A stretch of 64,000 bases of DNA from Lama glama (taxonomy: Eukaryota). This document shows, one piece after another, positions 46,918 to 60,700 of the stretch (the first letter of the stretch is position 1; each line of letters begins with the position of its first letter). The notes beneath the pieces were generated by a model, which ran no database searches, was not told the origin of the DNA, and saw only the letters and a list, made by a program, of their open reading frames with translations. The stretch is from the NCBI GenBank assembly GCA_028534125.1, contig CM052840.1, forward strand, positions 29,512,001 to 29,576,000. The letters are read 5' to 3'. Both the position numbers and the translations under genes were made by a program.

Positions 46918-47982
46918 GTGGGCCCCATCCTGACCCCCCCCGGCCCAGAGGCCAGGCCGCCCCACCCAGCAAAGCAGACGCAGCTCTTCAGTGTCGGACC
47001 CCAGGCTGCTCAGACCACAGAGGCCTCCTTAGGGACAGGCGCTGGACAGACTGGTCAGCCAGGGCTGAATGCCCCTGCCCCTGGGGCCACGTGTCCAGTG
47101 CAAGGCCCTCTGGCCCTCCCCCAAACTCAGACCGCTCTCGAGGGCTCAGAGCCAATGGGGAAATAACCGAGCAGAGAAGGAAGGAAAGCCTGTTATAGCC
47201 TTAGCTCAGTACCAGCTGCTGATAAAAATGTTACTTGGGCCAAGTTACCGCACCTTTTAAATATTCTCGCATGTAAAAAAGGAGGTAATATAATTTCTGC
47301 CCTGCTTGAATCACTGGGGGCATTTGAAGGCAAATGAAATAATGTGAAAACATTGTAAAAAGTGACAATATGAACTTTGTGCAAAAGGAAGATGTCACTT
47401 TTTTAAACCTCCTCGGTCTTCTCACCTGTAAAGGAGGCGTGGTCACACTGACGTCCACCCCGCTGTCAGGAGCCAGATTCCATGACTGCGCCCGTGGGTC
47501 TGTGCTGCACGTAAAGTTGTGTGTCACTGTAACAGGTGCCTCCTGGGGACACCAGAGATTCCTGGAGAGGCTACCTAGCAGACTGATGCCAGGACTCATG
47601 GTTTCACTTACTTTTGCGTTGTCATTAATACTTTTCCAACTTAAAAGCATTTTTATGCAGACAACATGTTTTCAACAAAGCCGAAATTTCTTTTAAAAGG
47701 TATTATTACTAAACTGGAATAATTTCTTCCCTGAAAAGTAAAATTGTGGGGTCGCAAGAATCGTACACGTTAGGTTTAACGCAGCGTGCCAGTTTATCGT
47801 CCTAAATGGTTTTGCTGACTCACCCCGATTTATTTTACCCCTTGTTGGGAAACTCAGAGAAAACCCGTGGGGACCTGAACCTCAGGCTTTACGCTTGAGG
47901 AGGTTCACCATCCGAGACCCCGTGGACGAGCCTCTCACCTGAGGCTTCCTCCCCCGCTGATCACATTTCTCCTTCTCTCCAG

Positions 47983-48180
47983 GTTCACGGGCAGAAAGCC
48001 GCCTGGGAGGACCCCGTGGAGTGGGTCCGGGACACGCTCCCCTGGCCGTCAGCCCAGCAAGACCAGTCAAAGCTGTACCACCTGCCCCCACCCACCATAG
48101 GCCCTCACAGCACTGCATCACCCCCCGAGGACAGGACGGTCAAGGACAGCACCCCAAGTTCCCTGGACTCAGACCCTCTG
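47983..48180 (+). CDS. NAV1: NAV1 exon 26 (VHGQKAAWEDP...DSDPL)
   Basis: cag|GTT...CTG|gtgagt, 198 nt. Confidence 0.95.
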
Positions 48181-49479
48181 GTGAGTAGAAGCTGTTTTAA
48201 CATAGAAATCAGAGGATTTCAGAACTGGACCCTCTGGGCACACCCAATGGGGCCTGGAGGCCGGGATGAGCCTGAGGCCAGCGTGCCCAGCCGGCGTTCT
48301 CACCACGTGGGAGGATCCTGGCCCAGCTAAGCAGGAGCTTAGGGCTGTCTGCGGGGCGCGTGCCCCTGGTGGAGACCGGGTCCAGGCAGAGCAGCCGGGC
48401 AGCGGACACGTTAGCACCTGCCTTCCCTACGCCTCTAGCCTGGGGGCGTCCTGCGGGTCGCTGCACCCAGCGACCTGAGGGGGCAGGGGCAGGCTGAGAT
48501 ACGAGACGAACCAGTGCTTGCAACCAAATGAGCATTAACACCTACTATCCACGACGCGTCCCCCAAACTTCCAGACAGGAAAACGGACAAAGGAAATGAA
48601 CGGCAGCGGACCAGAGGACACGCAGAGGGCCAAGAAAACCGTCAGAAGCCCCTTTGCTTCTCTACTGATCAAGGAAACACTATTAGCACAAGGAGATGAC
48701 CATCTCACGTTGGCACACGCTGTGTGTGGGTGCAGGGACCTTCCCCCCACTGGGGGAGTGTTTGTTAGCAGGACCGTTTTGGAGGAGGATTTGGCGAATG
48801 GTGTTAAAAGCTGACCTGCCAGATCCCATGGCCTTGCAGTTTTACCTTTTGAATAGGGATTTCTTCCCCTTTAGTCATGGTATGTTTTACTTAAATTTTG
48901 GCTTCATTGAAAACAGACGTCATCTGTGTGAAAACTGGGAGACTGTGACAGTCACGTAAACAGAAGTGTGGACAGCAGGGCCAGGCGCACTTAGCCAGAA
49001 GGGAGAGTCCCTGCTGGCAGCAGGGAGGGGAACTCAGAGGAAAACAGGCAGGAGGCGAAGGCAGGGCAGGGCTGAGCCTCGGCGTGGAGCAATGGGGTCT
49101 GAGCCGCGGAGCGGCGGGTGCGGCCAGGGCGGTGGTCAGCGAGACGTTCTTTCGGCCCTTCCCGCGCTCCTCCCGGGACCGGCTGGCATTGGCGCAGTGT
49201 AACCTCGAAGGCCGAGGTGGTCCTGCCCTTTGGCCGCCCCCGGCGTCACAGCGCGGCCCATCTGCCCGGACGCTCCCAGCATCTGTTCCCCACATGCGGG
49301 CTGCACATAGAGTCAAAGCTGTCGTCGCTGCTGGTTCTGGACCCACCCCAGGCCCCCTGGGCTCCCCGCTCCACCTTCAAACCAGGATCAGACCCCTGAT
49401 CTGACTTTGTATGTTTCCCTTCTGCTGGCAGGACACAAAGTCCCGACCCGCCCTCATGCGTCTTTTTGCCCCTCTGTAG

Positions 49480-49575
49480 ATGGCCATGCTGCTGAAGCTT
49501 CAAGAGGCTGCCAATTACATCGAGTCTCCGGACCGAGAAAGCATCCTGGACCCCAACCTCCAGGCAACGCTCTGA
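49480..49575 (+). CDS. NAV1: NAV1 last coding exon (MAMLLKLQEAANY...NLQATL*)
   Basis: tag|ATG; TGA at 49573-49575. Confidence 0.96.
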   Translation: MAMLLKLQEAANYIESPDRESILDPNLQATL

Positions 49576-52500
49576 GGGCCCAGCGGCCACCACGCGGACA
49601 GCGGCACGTGGCACCCGCCGCCCGCAGCCTCCTCTCCCCTCTCTTCCTCCAGACTCCAGAGCACTGGCTGCCCAGCCACGAGGACAGGACGGGGAGGGGG
49701 TGCGAGAGGGGCACTCCTGGTGCTGCACCTTCGGGGACTTCCTGGTGGGGCCGGTGGGCAGAGTCTGGGAACTGGCGTGCCCAGGCGCGTTCACTGGCCT
49801 CCTCACGACGGGGGGAGGATGATTCTGGGTCTTTCTCCCTGGTGTCTCGTCTCGATTACAAACTCCTGGGCTTTCTGGGGAGGGCTTCAGACTCAGAGCA
49901 AACCGCAGCAGTGCTGATTCTGACAGAAGCGCTGAGGGCACAGCCGCGCGGGGAGCCCACGGGAGGAGGAGCTCCAGGACTTCTTGTGGACCCTGCCCAA
50001 CTCCGCCACCACTGCCAACAGCTCTTCCCCCAGAGATCCGGCCGGAGCCCAGAAAAAGAAGCATGTGGTTTCAAAAAGTTTAAATCAATCTAAAAAGGTT
50101 TAACAGAAAAAGGAAAAGATGAAGCTGGAGAGGAAATCCGGTTCTGAGGTCGAGAGAGGGCTGCCCGCCCTGCCCTCTGGAGGACACGGGGACGCCGAGA
50201 GCCGAGAGGACGCCAGCCTGGGGAGTCGCCAGCGACAGAGGTCCCGTGACAGCCTCGGAGCCGCACTGCCGCCCTGTCTCACACCCCCTGGCTTAACATG
50301 CATGACATCAGTAAGCCCCGCTCTTTTGTTTTTTATTTTGTTTCCATTTTTTCCTCCCATTTGCCTGTTTTTCTCCTTTTTTGGGTTTGTTTTTTCCCAT
50401 TGCCCCACACGTCCACGAGGTGCTTGCCCGGCTCTTCCACGGGCTGGTTTGGCTTTTCCAAGCCGTTCTTCAGAGTCGGGTGCCATCTGGTTGGCACCAG
50501 CTAGATACCCACCATGCTGCCATCTTTGGCATCCTGGGGGCCCTCGTGGGACGTGAGGCACTGGCTCAGCGGCAGTGGGAGGAGAGTAACCCTGACCTCC
50601 CTTCGGAGAACGCATGTGTTCCAGCTCAGAGCTTGGCGGCCAGCCTTCGGCGTGAGAGTGTACCACCCCCTCTTGCTAGACCATCGGATCCGAGCTGCAC
50701 CAGAGACTGGAGGAGAACTGGAAACTAGAAGCCTCGCTCTGTCTCTGGCCTGTGTGGCCCTCACTGCCCTGTCTGCTGGCGGCCACTCTGCCTGACTGAA
50801 TCCACACCCCGCGCTGGACCTGCTGTTTTGGAGAGTGAATGTTCGCTCGCGAGTGGCTGTCTGTGTGAGATGCTCCCAATCTCAATATAAGGCACAATGA
50901 GTTTGGCTTGGTGGCAAAGACCTGCCTTCCAAAGGGGCCCGCCTCTTGCAGAAGCTGCCCTGGAGGCCTGGCAGTCTCAGTTCCTTCCTTCGACAAGCCC
51001 TTCCTGGGCCCCTGCTGCACACCAATCACACGTTAAGAAGACAGACTTGCGCCCTTCCGCTCAGTCTGGCGGGAAACGTGACCCTCCGTTAAGCACGCGC
51101 CCCCCTGCGCCTGAACCTTCAGGGTCATCCAAGAAATGAGCCGAAGCCCAGGGGCTGTGATGAGGCCCAGTGCGCTGGGACCAGTCCAGGTGGTGCCTGA
51201 AGGGCCGTGGAACCTCCCGTCCCCAGCGGCCAAGTCTACATCTGGCTGCTTCTGAAAGTCCCCGTGCGGCCAGAGCTCGGCTGCGCCTCCGGCGAGGCTG
51301 ACGCCTGGGGCTCCGCAGACCAGGGTGTGTGTGGGGCCTGCACCTGTGGCTGCTCCTCAGATCCCCAAGTGGCACAAGACCCTGTCAGAACCTCTGGGCA
51401 TACGAACCGGGACCACTCTCCCGCCAAACCCAGGAGTAGATGCCTCTGAATCTTCACATCAGAACAGTTTCATTAGGTCCCAAAGGTGGTCCAGATCGCT
51501 TCCCCAGAAGCTTCTGCATTCACCTGGGAGCTCCCAGGGAGGACTGGGCCAGAGACCACGACTGCTGCTGCCACTCGCCCTGCAAGCTGTGAGGGGCCCA
51601 GCTCAGCTGTCACTGTGCAGCTCTGCGGGGAAGAGGCCGTTTGTCCAAGGATGGTGCTGAAATCACTGCCTTAAGGCCTCTGCTGTGCAGAACGAGGAGG
51701 CCGGAGCGGGGTGCTCCCATCTGTAAGGAAGGGAGGTGGGCAGGCCTCTTCCCTGCCCCGCCCTCAGCTCCAGCCACGCAGCACAACTCCAGCTTCTACA
51801 GCCGTCTTCGTCCGGTGGTCCAGCCCTTAACTCTGCTCTCCGGTGCTGCCCAGCCAGTGCCTTCGGTCGCGGCTACTTGAGAAAAAGGAAAGGGTTGTGA
51901 ACCCCTTCCTCCACTCCAACTGCCTCACACTCCCCCAGAGCGATTCCTGCCTCCCTGGTAACCATGGCGACCACCGTGGGTTTCACCTGGGTCCTCTGCA
52001 GGTTGGTTCTGAAGGTCATCTCAATTCCTGGGCCCAACCGCTCTGCTGTCAGTGAACCACTGCGTTTAGCCCGGGGTTCCCATTGCTTCCCTCCCCGGGG
52101 TGTGTCCCCCTCCAGGGAGGTGGCACTGCAGCCCCAGCTTTCCCCTGGGGGCCTGGGAGCCTGTTTACAGCTGAGGCTGTGCCCTGGCCCGTGGCTGTGG
52201 GCATCAGTCGTCTCCTGAGGAATCGTGGCTGCACGGCAACTGCAGAAGGTCAGGCCCCCTCTTGGTGCTATGACCCCTCGGGACGCTCGCTCAGGCTTCT
52301 CTGAGGCTGAGGTGTGAGCTCCCTCGCTGCCCCAGAAGCACCGGCAGGAGCGGATCTACGGAGTTCGCTCCCCCTGCACACCTGCTTCTTGGGCGAGACC
52401 ACTGGGATCTCTCGGAAAAGGAAAACCGGGTCCCAGGGCTGAACTCTCAACCCCGGGCACCTTCAGAAGAGTCCGGCCTCTCTTAGGACGGGGCGTGTGC

Positions 52501-54055
52501 CCCCTCCTCTCAGCCCTCGGCTCCACCCCTCACTGAAGCTGGCTAGCAGATGACCCGCTTCTCCCCCCGCCACCCGCTCCCTGGGATGGCCGCGACTCCA
52601 GGAGGGCGCCCGGTGCCACCCCTCGTCTCTGGACACAGGAGACCAGCGTGTTTTGTCCAGTGTGTGTGTCCTCGGCCCCTGCCTGAGCACAAAAAATAAA
52701 GCAGTAGGTCGTTGGCGGCTCAGAGAGGACCTGATGTCTGTGTGTGTCTCTCACGAGAGCAGTTTCTTGTCGCTGTTTCCTATCTTCCTAGCTTCAGACT
52801 TTAAAAACCTCTGCTCCATGGCAGCTCTGCGGTGCTTATCTCTGTGTGCGATTCTCCCACCAACGTCTTTCTCACGTGGTCTAAGCTCGGGGAAGCCAGA
52901 GGCTGGCAGGGAAGGATTTGCTCAAGGTCTTTGGAAAGACCCTAGCAGAAGTCCTCCTCGGTTGGGATGCCAGGTTTTGTTTTGAATTACCGGCCTTACG
53001 ACCAGTCTACCCGTGCTCCTTAAGGACTTAAGACGTAACAGTGATTTTCAGTTTTTATTTCTTGCCTTCTGGTTTTCCTGGTTGGCAAGACTCCAAATGG
53101 GCCTAGTGTCACCATCGCTTCCCTTCTGTCTCCCTGAGACCAGGGCACACAGTCCAGACAGACACCCGCTCAGTCTCAGGACTAGCGAGAACACTGACCA
53201 TCTCCCATCGTGTTCAGGAAGGGCGGGCAGCGGCGACTTGCTCAGCAGCACCGCGCGTCGTCACCGGGGTGGCGCCCACACACGGAAGCCCCGGCCTGGT
53301 CCTGCAAACCAGGATCGCAGAGGGACCCGAGTCAGGCCTGAGGACTCTTCCCTGCAAGGTGTTTGGGAGAGGAAGCCGTTCTTGTCCTGACCACACGTTT
53401 AACACGGGGCTCGAGTGCTGGAATAATCTGGACCACCAAACTTACCGTCTCATCACACTTTCTCCTTTCCATACTCTTGGGCCTTAGCTAAGCTGAAGCC
53501 AGTAAGTAAACTCCAGAATCCCCCAGCCCTCTGGCTCCCCTGGGATGAAATGTGCTGTTCCAGAGGGTTTACCAGTAGAATGACAGTAAGGACACTCTTA
53601 GGATGACCGATAACAACTGGTGAGTTCTGGCCCGCAGCCCCAAGAGTCAGAAAATGGTGTTAGGGACACGGTGTTCCCAGAAGGCCAAGCCCGAAGATAG
53701 CGGCCTTTGTAATCCAAGCAGCTTTATTTATTCACGAGTCCTCAATCCACCCGGTTGGGGTACCGGGGCCACCAGCTGGGCTCTCCCACTGCCAAGGCCC
53801 ACGTGTGCATGCGGCTCAGCGTGGCCTGGGAGCAAGCTCTCCAGCCACAGACCCCGGGGAAGATGGGAGAGTCCGAAGTCCAGAAGCTGCAGAAGTACCA
53901 GTACAGTTGAAAAGTAAACCTGTGTGTCCCAGGTCCTCGCAGTTCGAGGTGCCGGCTCTTTTTCTTAGGTACGCCTTGGAGAGTTTTCTGTGACAGGAGT
54001 GGTCACGGAAGTAAGTGAACACTTGGTCCCTTGACTCAACTCTCTGTTCTTAAAG

Positions 54056-54226
54056 CAGTGATGTTTCCAGACCAGCAGTGTTGGCATCTGGGAACTGGTT
54101 AAAAATGAGATTCTCTGACCCCATCCCAGACCTACAGAATCAGAAACTGGGGAGAGAGCCGGGTGGTTCTTGTTCTGACGAGCCCTCTTGGTAACTCCGA
54201 TGCACCCCACAGTTTGAAATTCACTG
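54056..54226. mobile_element. MER5A-type hAT relic inside the 3'UTR
   Basis: CAGTG...CACTG ends; CCCCATCCCAGACCTACAGAATCAGAAACT core. Confidence 0.8.
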
Positions 54227-55634
54227 TGTTAAGGAAGGCCAGGTATCGGAGTCTCCCCCCTGGGGCTTTAGGACCAAAAAATAAGGTCGTAGGTTATATT
54301 TCAGACTTTAACCTTATCTTCCAAGTCAGTTTTCTCCTGCTTCCTTAGGATTCTGCTTCTCCTTTTATTTCACACGAAAAGGTATGTGTGCCTTTGGGCA
54401 GAAGGTAGGGGAATGTCCACGTCTCCTAGTTGAATACAGTCTGGAGAAAAATGTCATGGCTGTGAAATTTCTACCAAGCAGACTAAGGGGCTTAACAGGA
54501 GAAAGCGGTCAGGATCTTTTCCAGGCAGCTCTTCTGCCGGAGGACTTGTGTCTACTCTGAGCCTCTTCCCGGTTAGGTAACAGGATGAGAAAAGCCTACA
54601 AATCGAATTCATGTTTCCACGACAGCTCGTCCTCTGAGCCGCATCCCTCGCCCTTATTTGAGTTCTAAAGGGCACTGCCAGATCTGAGACCCTGTCAGAA
54701 CCTCCTGCCCCAAGGCAGGCCCCCAGGCCCTGCTCCGTGGCAGTGGCAGGAGGGAGGTCAGGGCGCTTGGGCAGCAAGTCCTCGGCCTCCTCTCCTTTCC
54801 CTGCACCGGGACGTAGGACTTGGACACAACTACTCACGGCGACAGAGACCAATCTGTATTTGAAAAATCTGAAAGGAGCTTCAATATCCTTCTGAACTCA
54901 CAGACCCCAGCGGGTGGAGCCATGGGGGAGACGAGGCGTTTACAACTGGTTTTTTGTCAAGTGTGTCTATTTTCCCCGTGAGAGAGCCTGAGGGTGGAGG
55001 ACAAAGCAACGTGCTAGCACTCGGGCCCTGAGCTCTGGAACCAAGCACTTGGAGGAGGGATTAAGGCCCGAGGAAGGCCAGTGTGAGACAGTGGCACTAA
55101 AACCGCCCCCTCCCCCGTCCCCTCCATTCCCCTCCTGTGGGGTCTCCCTGCCTCCCTGCCGTTTCTCCAAGGCTGAAGATGCAGCTGAGAAGACCAGAGC
55201 TCCCAGACCCCAGCCGGTCTCTGGGCCATCGCTGCACAGGAGCCTCCCACTTCCTCGTGTGTTTTTGTTTTTGTTTTTAACGGAACAGTTTTTTTCTTAA
55301 ATGAATTCCAACCCCACTGGACTCCTTTCCTTTTCCCTCCTGCCCATCCCGGTTCAGGCAGCGCTATTCGTGGATGGAGTCCTTATATCTCAGATGCATG
55401 GTGGTTCTCAGGTGGTGGGTGGGCAGGCGTCTTTGCAACACTTCTTGCATTCACTGGGCACAGACCCCCAAGCCAGGATGTATGTGTGTCTGTGTGTCTG
55501 TGTTTTATCATTTGGCCTCCCCTCTTCCAATCTACCCCCGTTTACATCATCTCATGGAGAGACTCGGCCGTTGTACATAGTTGCGGTAACAATCAAGCAG
55601 AGAGCTGGGCGTCCCTCACTGGTTCGTCTGATCT

Positions 55635-55640
55635 AATAAA
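55635..55640 (+). terminator. NAV1: Poly(A) signal AATAAA (candidate)
   Basis: Canonical hexamer; TGTA upstream at 55572. Confidence 0.5.
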
Positions 55641-55777
55641 CTGGTTGAAAGTGAAATCCAGGCGAGGGCCAGCGGAAGAGGCGTCTCTCCACCACCCAGG
55701 GCCCCTCCTCTGGACCTTCTGTCCGTCAGGCATGTCTCCTTCCAGCGAGATTCACCTGTTCGATGCTATTACATTTC

Positions 55778-55783
55778 AATAAA
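55778..55783 (+). terminator. NAV1: Poly(A) signal AATAAA (likely distal site)
   Basis: Canonical hexamer followed by T/GT-rich GTTTTTCCTGTGTTGTC. Confidence 0.7.
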
Positions 55784-56930
55784 GTTTTTCCTGTGTTGTC
55801 CGCTGCTCTCTCTAGCTCCCTCTGTCTGGTTTCTGTCTCCATTCCTCCATCTAGAAGGTCATGTGCCAAACCCAGAGGTAAGACCCACCTCCCTGGAGAT
55901 ACCTGACCCTCAAACCCTAAGCAAGAGTCTCTCAACGCCTCTGGGGGTGGGGGGTCCTGCCTGCATGTGGACACAGCATCCTTTGCCAGAGGTCAGTGCT
56001 CCTGAGTCCTCCATCCACCGTCACGATGTTTGCAAACATATCCCCCTCTGGACTTGCCGAAGTTTTCTTCCAGGGGTAAAACTGAATTAACCCCTGGGAA
56101 AAGAAGCGGTTCTAATGGAGTTCTGCCTCTCCTGGCCACGGAAAGAAGGAAAAGAAGTCCGACTATTCCCTGCTGTGGAATTGCGGGGTCCGAGAGGCAG
56201 TCTTCTCCCCCGTGAAGTTGCCCTGTAACAGGGAGGTGGCAAATGTGCTGAGAGCGCACCTCAAAGTAAACAAGGAGTCATTCTTTTGGAAGAGTACTCA
56301 GAGGAGGTGACTTCATCCCTGGTTGTTAGCAGCCTAGCATCCCCAGTCTCCAAACTGGAGTGGGAATTGCTAACTGGTCTTTGCCACTTGGGAGTGAGTC
56401 ACAGTTCCTGGAAACCATTTTAAGGCTTGGACCTGAACAGCTTACTAAGAATTGCCTGTTGCTACTTGCTCTGAACCTCCCACTGCAACAACCTGCAGTT
56501 CCATCCCTCCGCCCCCACGTGCTGGCCACCCTGCCTTGCCCCTTAACCCCACTCAGTGATCCTGCACTTGCTCCAGTACTGAGGAGTGTCTGCACCTTGA
56601 GCCATTTCCACGACCAGCCCTGGACACCATATTAACTACTCATTCCTCCACCCCTTAAATGTGCAGCCATAATTTCTCTGCAAAAAATTTTATGACTTTC
56701 TCATCTGACAGGACTTACTCTCGAATAGTCATATGAGTGCCTTGAGGGGAATACCCTTTCCCATGCAGTCTCTCTCCTGGCCAGCCGCTGCCCAACTCAC
56801 TGCCCAGTCCACTTCAGATTCTTCCCCCTCCCTTTGGATTCCCGAGGCTGGGAGATGAAGACTCACCTGGGCCAACGGTTCTTCTGTGTTAGGGGAAAAG
56901 AGGTTGGTTTAACGTAGGACCTTCCTCTGA

Positions 56931-57720
<790 letters not shown>

Positions 57721-60700
57721 CGTGCGCACTTCTGTTCGGAGGAGCCCATCCTCCTTTGTCTTTGCGTCTTTGTCCCCATCCTCCTATCACAAGCGTTGAA
57801 GTGATGGAGGAAGAATCTGTCAGTTTCCTGCTGGGGGCCTTTCTCCAGGCCGAGGGTGGCCGCGCCACAGAGGACAGTCTGAGCCTGAAACGGGAGGGGG
57901 AAGAGCCTCTCGGGCTTTTTGTCACCAGTGTGTCTGGCGTGTCGGGGCTCCGCTGGAGGAACCCCAGGTCTTCAGACCCCCCCAGCTCGGCAGGACGGTA
58001 CCGCCACCTCTCAAACTGTCCTGGTCTGAGCGGGCACGCTCAGAGCCTTGAGCTGGCCCTCCTGCCCGACTTAGGGTTAAGACAGATCTGCCTTAAATTT
58101 AATTTTATGTTCTCCCAGCATTTGGGAGAGCTGTTGACAACTGAATTACCTGTGTTGGAAACATGTTGAGATTTGGGACTTAACAGGTTAAGAGCCATTT
58201 TGAAGGCTTAGTTGTAACTGTCATTGTTTAATAAAATGTCACATCATACAAGAGGAGCAACTACTGGATTTGAGGAAGCGCTTTGAGGGTCATGCATAGA
58301 TCTGCAAGAGTTATTACGGCTCCCAGGTAAAACTCCTTTCTTCACACTAACATGTCCAACTGTCTTGGATATGAAGAAGAAAGAGTGACAAAGGCACCTC
58401 ATCACAGTCCAGCTACGACTGGAATAAAGTTGAGGGTCACGCCTTCCCTGAGTGATACCCAGTGTCCTGGGGCCCCAAATGCGCGTCTGGCTCTTCCTGC
58501 GAAAGATGTGCCTCCTCTCCTGTCCGTCCAGTGGCAGCCCCCCATGGGCCCATACCCGTTCGACTCTGGTCAGCGCATGGTCTCATCCAGGCAAAGCTGA
58601 TGGGAGTCTTTCTGAGATCTTTTTGAAGACTTCCGTCTTCTTTTTTGGCTCTTGAAATGAAACATTCCACACAAGTGTGGAATTTTGCATTTGATCTAGG
58701 CCCCGGTGGGAGCAGATTGGCACACACACACCTGGAACTTACTGCCTGTGCTGTGGCGCGTGCCGAGTGTGGAGGGGCTCTGGTGCCACAGCCTTCCGGT
58801 GCGGTCTCGCAGGAGGCCCGCGGCCCACGGGTTAGGTGTGACGGCTGAGTCGAGGCTCTGGGGCTGAGTGTGGCGCTTTGGACCCTTTGGAGGTTGTTTG
58901 TGTTTTAAATAGTCTAATTCAATTCCTTTTGTTTATTTAAAAACTATAGAGATTCACCCATTTCACTAACGTGTCTTGGGGAAGGAAGACGGTGATTCAT
59001 TCCTCGGATATGGTCCCTTCTCTCCTGTCCTCTTCGTGGGGCCTTTAGCTGGTTATTTTTTCACCACTGTGTCCAGAGGACCTCCTGTCCTGTATGCTGC
59101 CTGCGTCTCACGTTTCCTCAGCAGGGTCAGTCATTTCTTCTGCACAAGCCATTTTCCTCCTTGAACGAGAGTAGAGTACCTGGCTTCCCAGCCAGGTTTT
59201 ACCCACCCACCCGGCCTGAAGAAACTGGAAGGGCCCTGCTCCCACCGCGAACCCTGCAGGCTGAGGTGAGGAGCCATTCTCGCGATGAGTGAATATTTCC
59301 ACTCCTTTGGAGTTGCTTCACATTGTAGCTTTGTCCTAGTAGAAGAAACCCCGCTTTCTGGCCCTAGGATACGCCCTTCCTTAAGCCTTGCAGTTGATGA
59401 GGAATCTGGGAGTTGGTGTCTGTTATTTGTGTTCTTTTGATCCTTTGTGGCTCCAGGAGGCCCAAGGTTGAGTGACAGCCAAATCTGGTTGTTTCTAGTC
59501 CCTCTGTTCCCTCAAATAACCATGCTGTCGTATGAACCATTTATTGCCTCCCGTGGGAAACTGGTCCCAGCTGATGCTTAACGTTAACCAGACTGTTCCC
59601 TTTGACAAGCAGGCGTGCTCCCTTCCTTGGCTGCCAGGTGATGATCCCTAGTCTTGGATATTAAGTGGAACACTCTCTAATTTAATTTGGGGGGGGAGGA
59701 CACAGGTCAGTTATAACTCCATTAAGTGGACAGGCAAGAGAGGATGACACACTCTCACCAGATTGTGGGGTGGAGGAGGTTTTTAAGAAGCAGTTATCTT
59801 GGAAATTTGAGGTGCTGGAGCCCAAAGGACAGCCTGGTCATTCACTCTGCCAGCTGCGATTTTCCAGGAAATAAGTTGCCTGTGATCAGTTACCATGTTT
59901 TCCAGAAGGTAAGCCTGTTTGCTTGAGCCAGGGAAGCGTGTATGCAAGAGAGCCCCTGACTGCTGGTGGGTCAGCTCTGAAGGGTCAGGACGGGCTGTCT
60001 CCGTCCGCCTGGTGCCCTGGGATGAGCGGCTCACGTCCCTGTGCTTGCTGCTTTCCCTGGTCACCGGGGCTCTGAGGGGTAGAGAGAGCCTGTCACAGGG
60101 CTAATGAGCAGAGGAGTTGGTGCCAGTAACCAGCCACCTTCTTCAGCCGACTCCCATCTTGAGCTGAGAAGCGTGCTACCTGAAAGTGTGGAGGCGTCTG
60201 TGCCGTACGATATTCCAGCAGATGGCTGGTGCCCTTCGGTTTTTCTTAGAAGGATGAGATTTTGAGTTTTACCAGCAGGTTTGTAGGAATTTAGCCCTAG
60301 CTCAGTAAAGTGAAAATGAGTGCTTCTGATTTATTGGGGCACTCTTACTGTGTTTTATTTACTGGGTGGTGTCGTATCAAGCATCTTGACAATATTTAAA
60401 AAGACAGGAAAGTGTGTGAACTGCCAGGATCTCTTACATTAAAGCCTAGTGTTCTCTACCAGCTGCATCAGCTCTTGTTTGCCTGGCTTGTGAGACGATC
60501 GTGACTTTTGCGGATGTCGGCTGTTCATTTTTGGTGTGTTGAGGCTCAGCTCTTCTTATACCTTAGGATGAAGTTATCCCTACCTTTTCTCTCTCGGAGT
60601 CGTCCTCCCGCCCAGGTGGCAGGCAGCGCAGCGCAGACTTCTTCTATAGCTGATACAGACCCTAAGTGATTGTCTTCTTTTAGTTATTTCTTTTTGTCTC

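Larger units (their letters stand above)
49576..55800 (+). other. NAV1: NAV1 long 3'UTR (~6.2 kb; end inferred)
   Basis: Follows the stop codon; end placed just after distal AATAAA at 55778; NAV1 is known to have a long 3'UTR. Confidence 0.7.
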
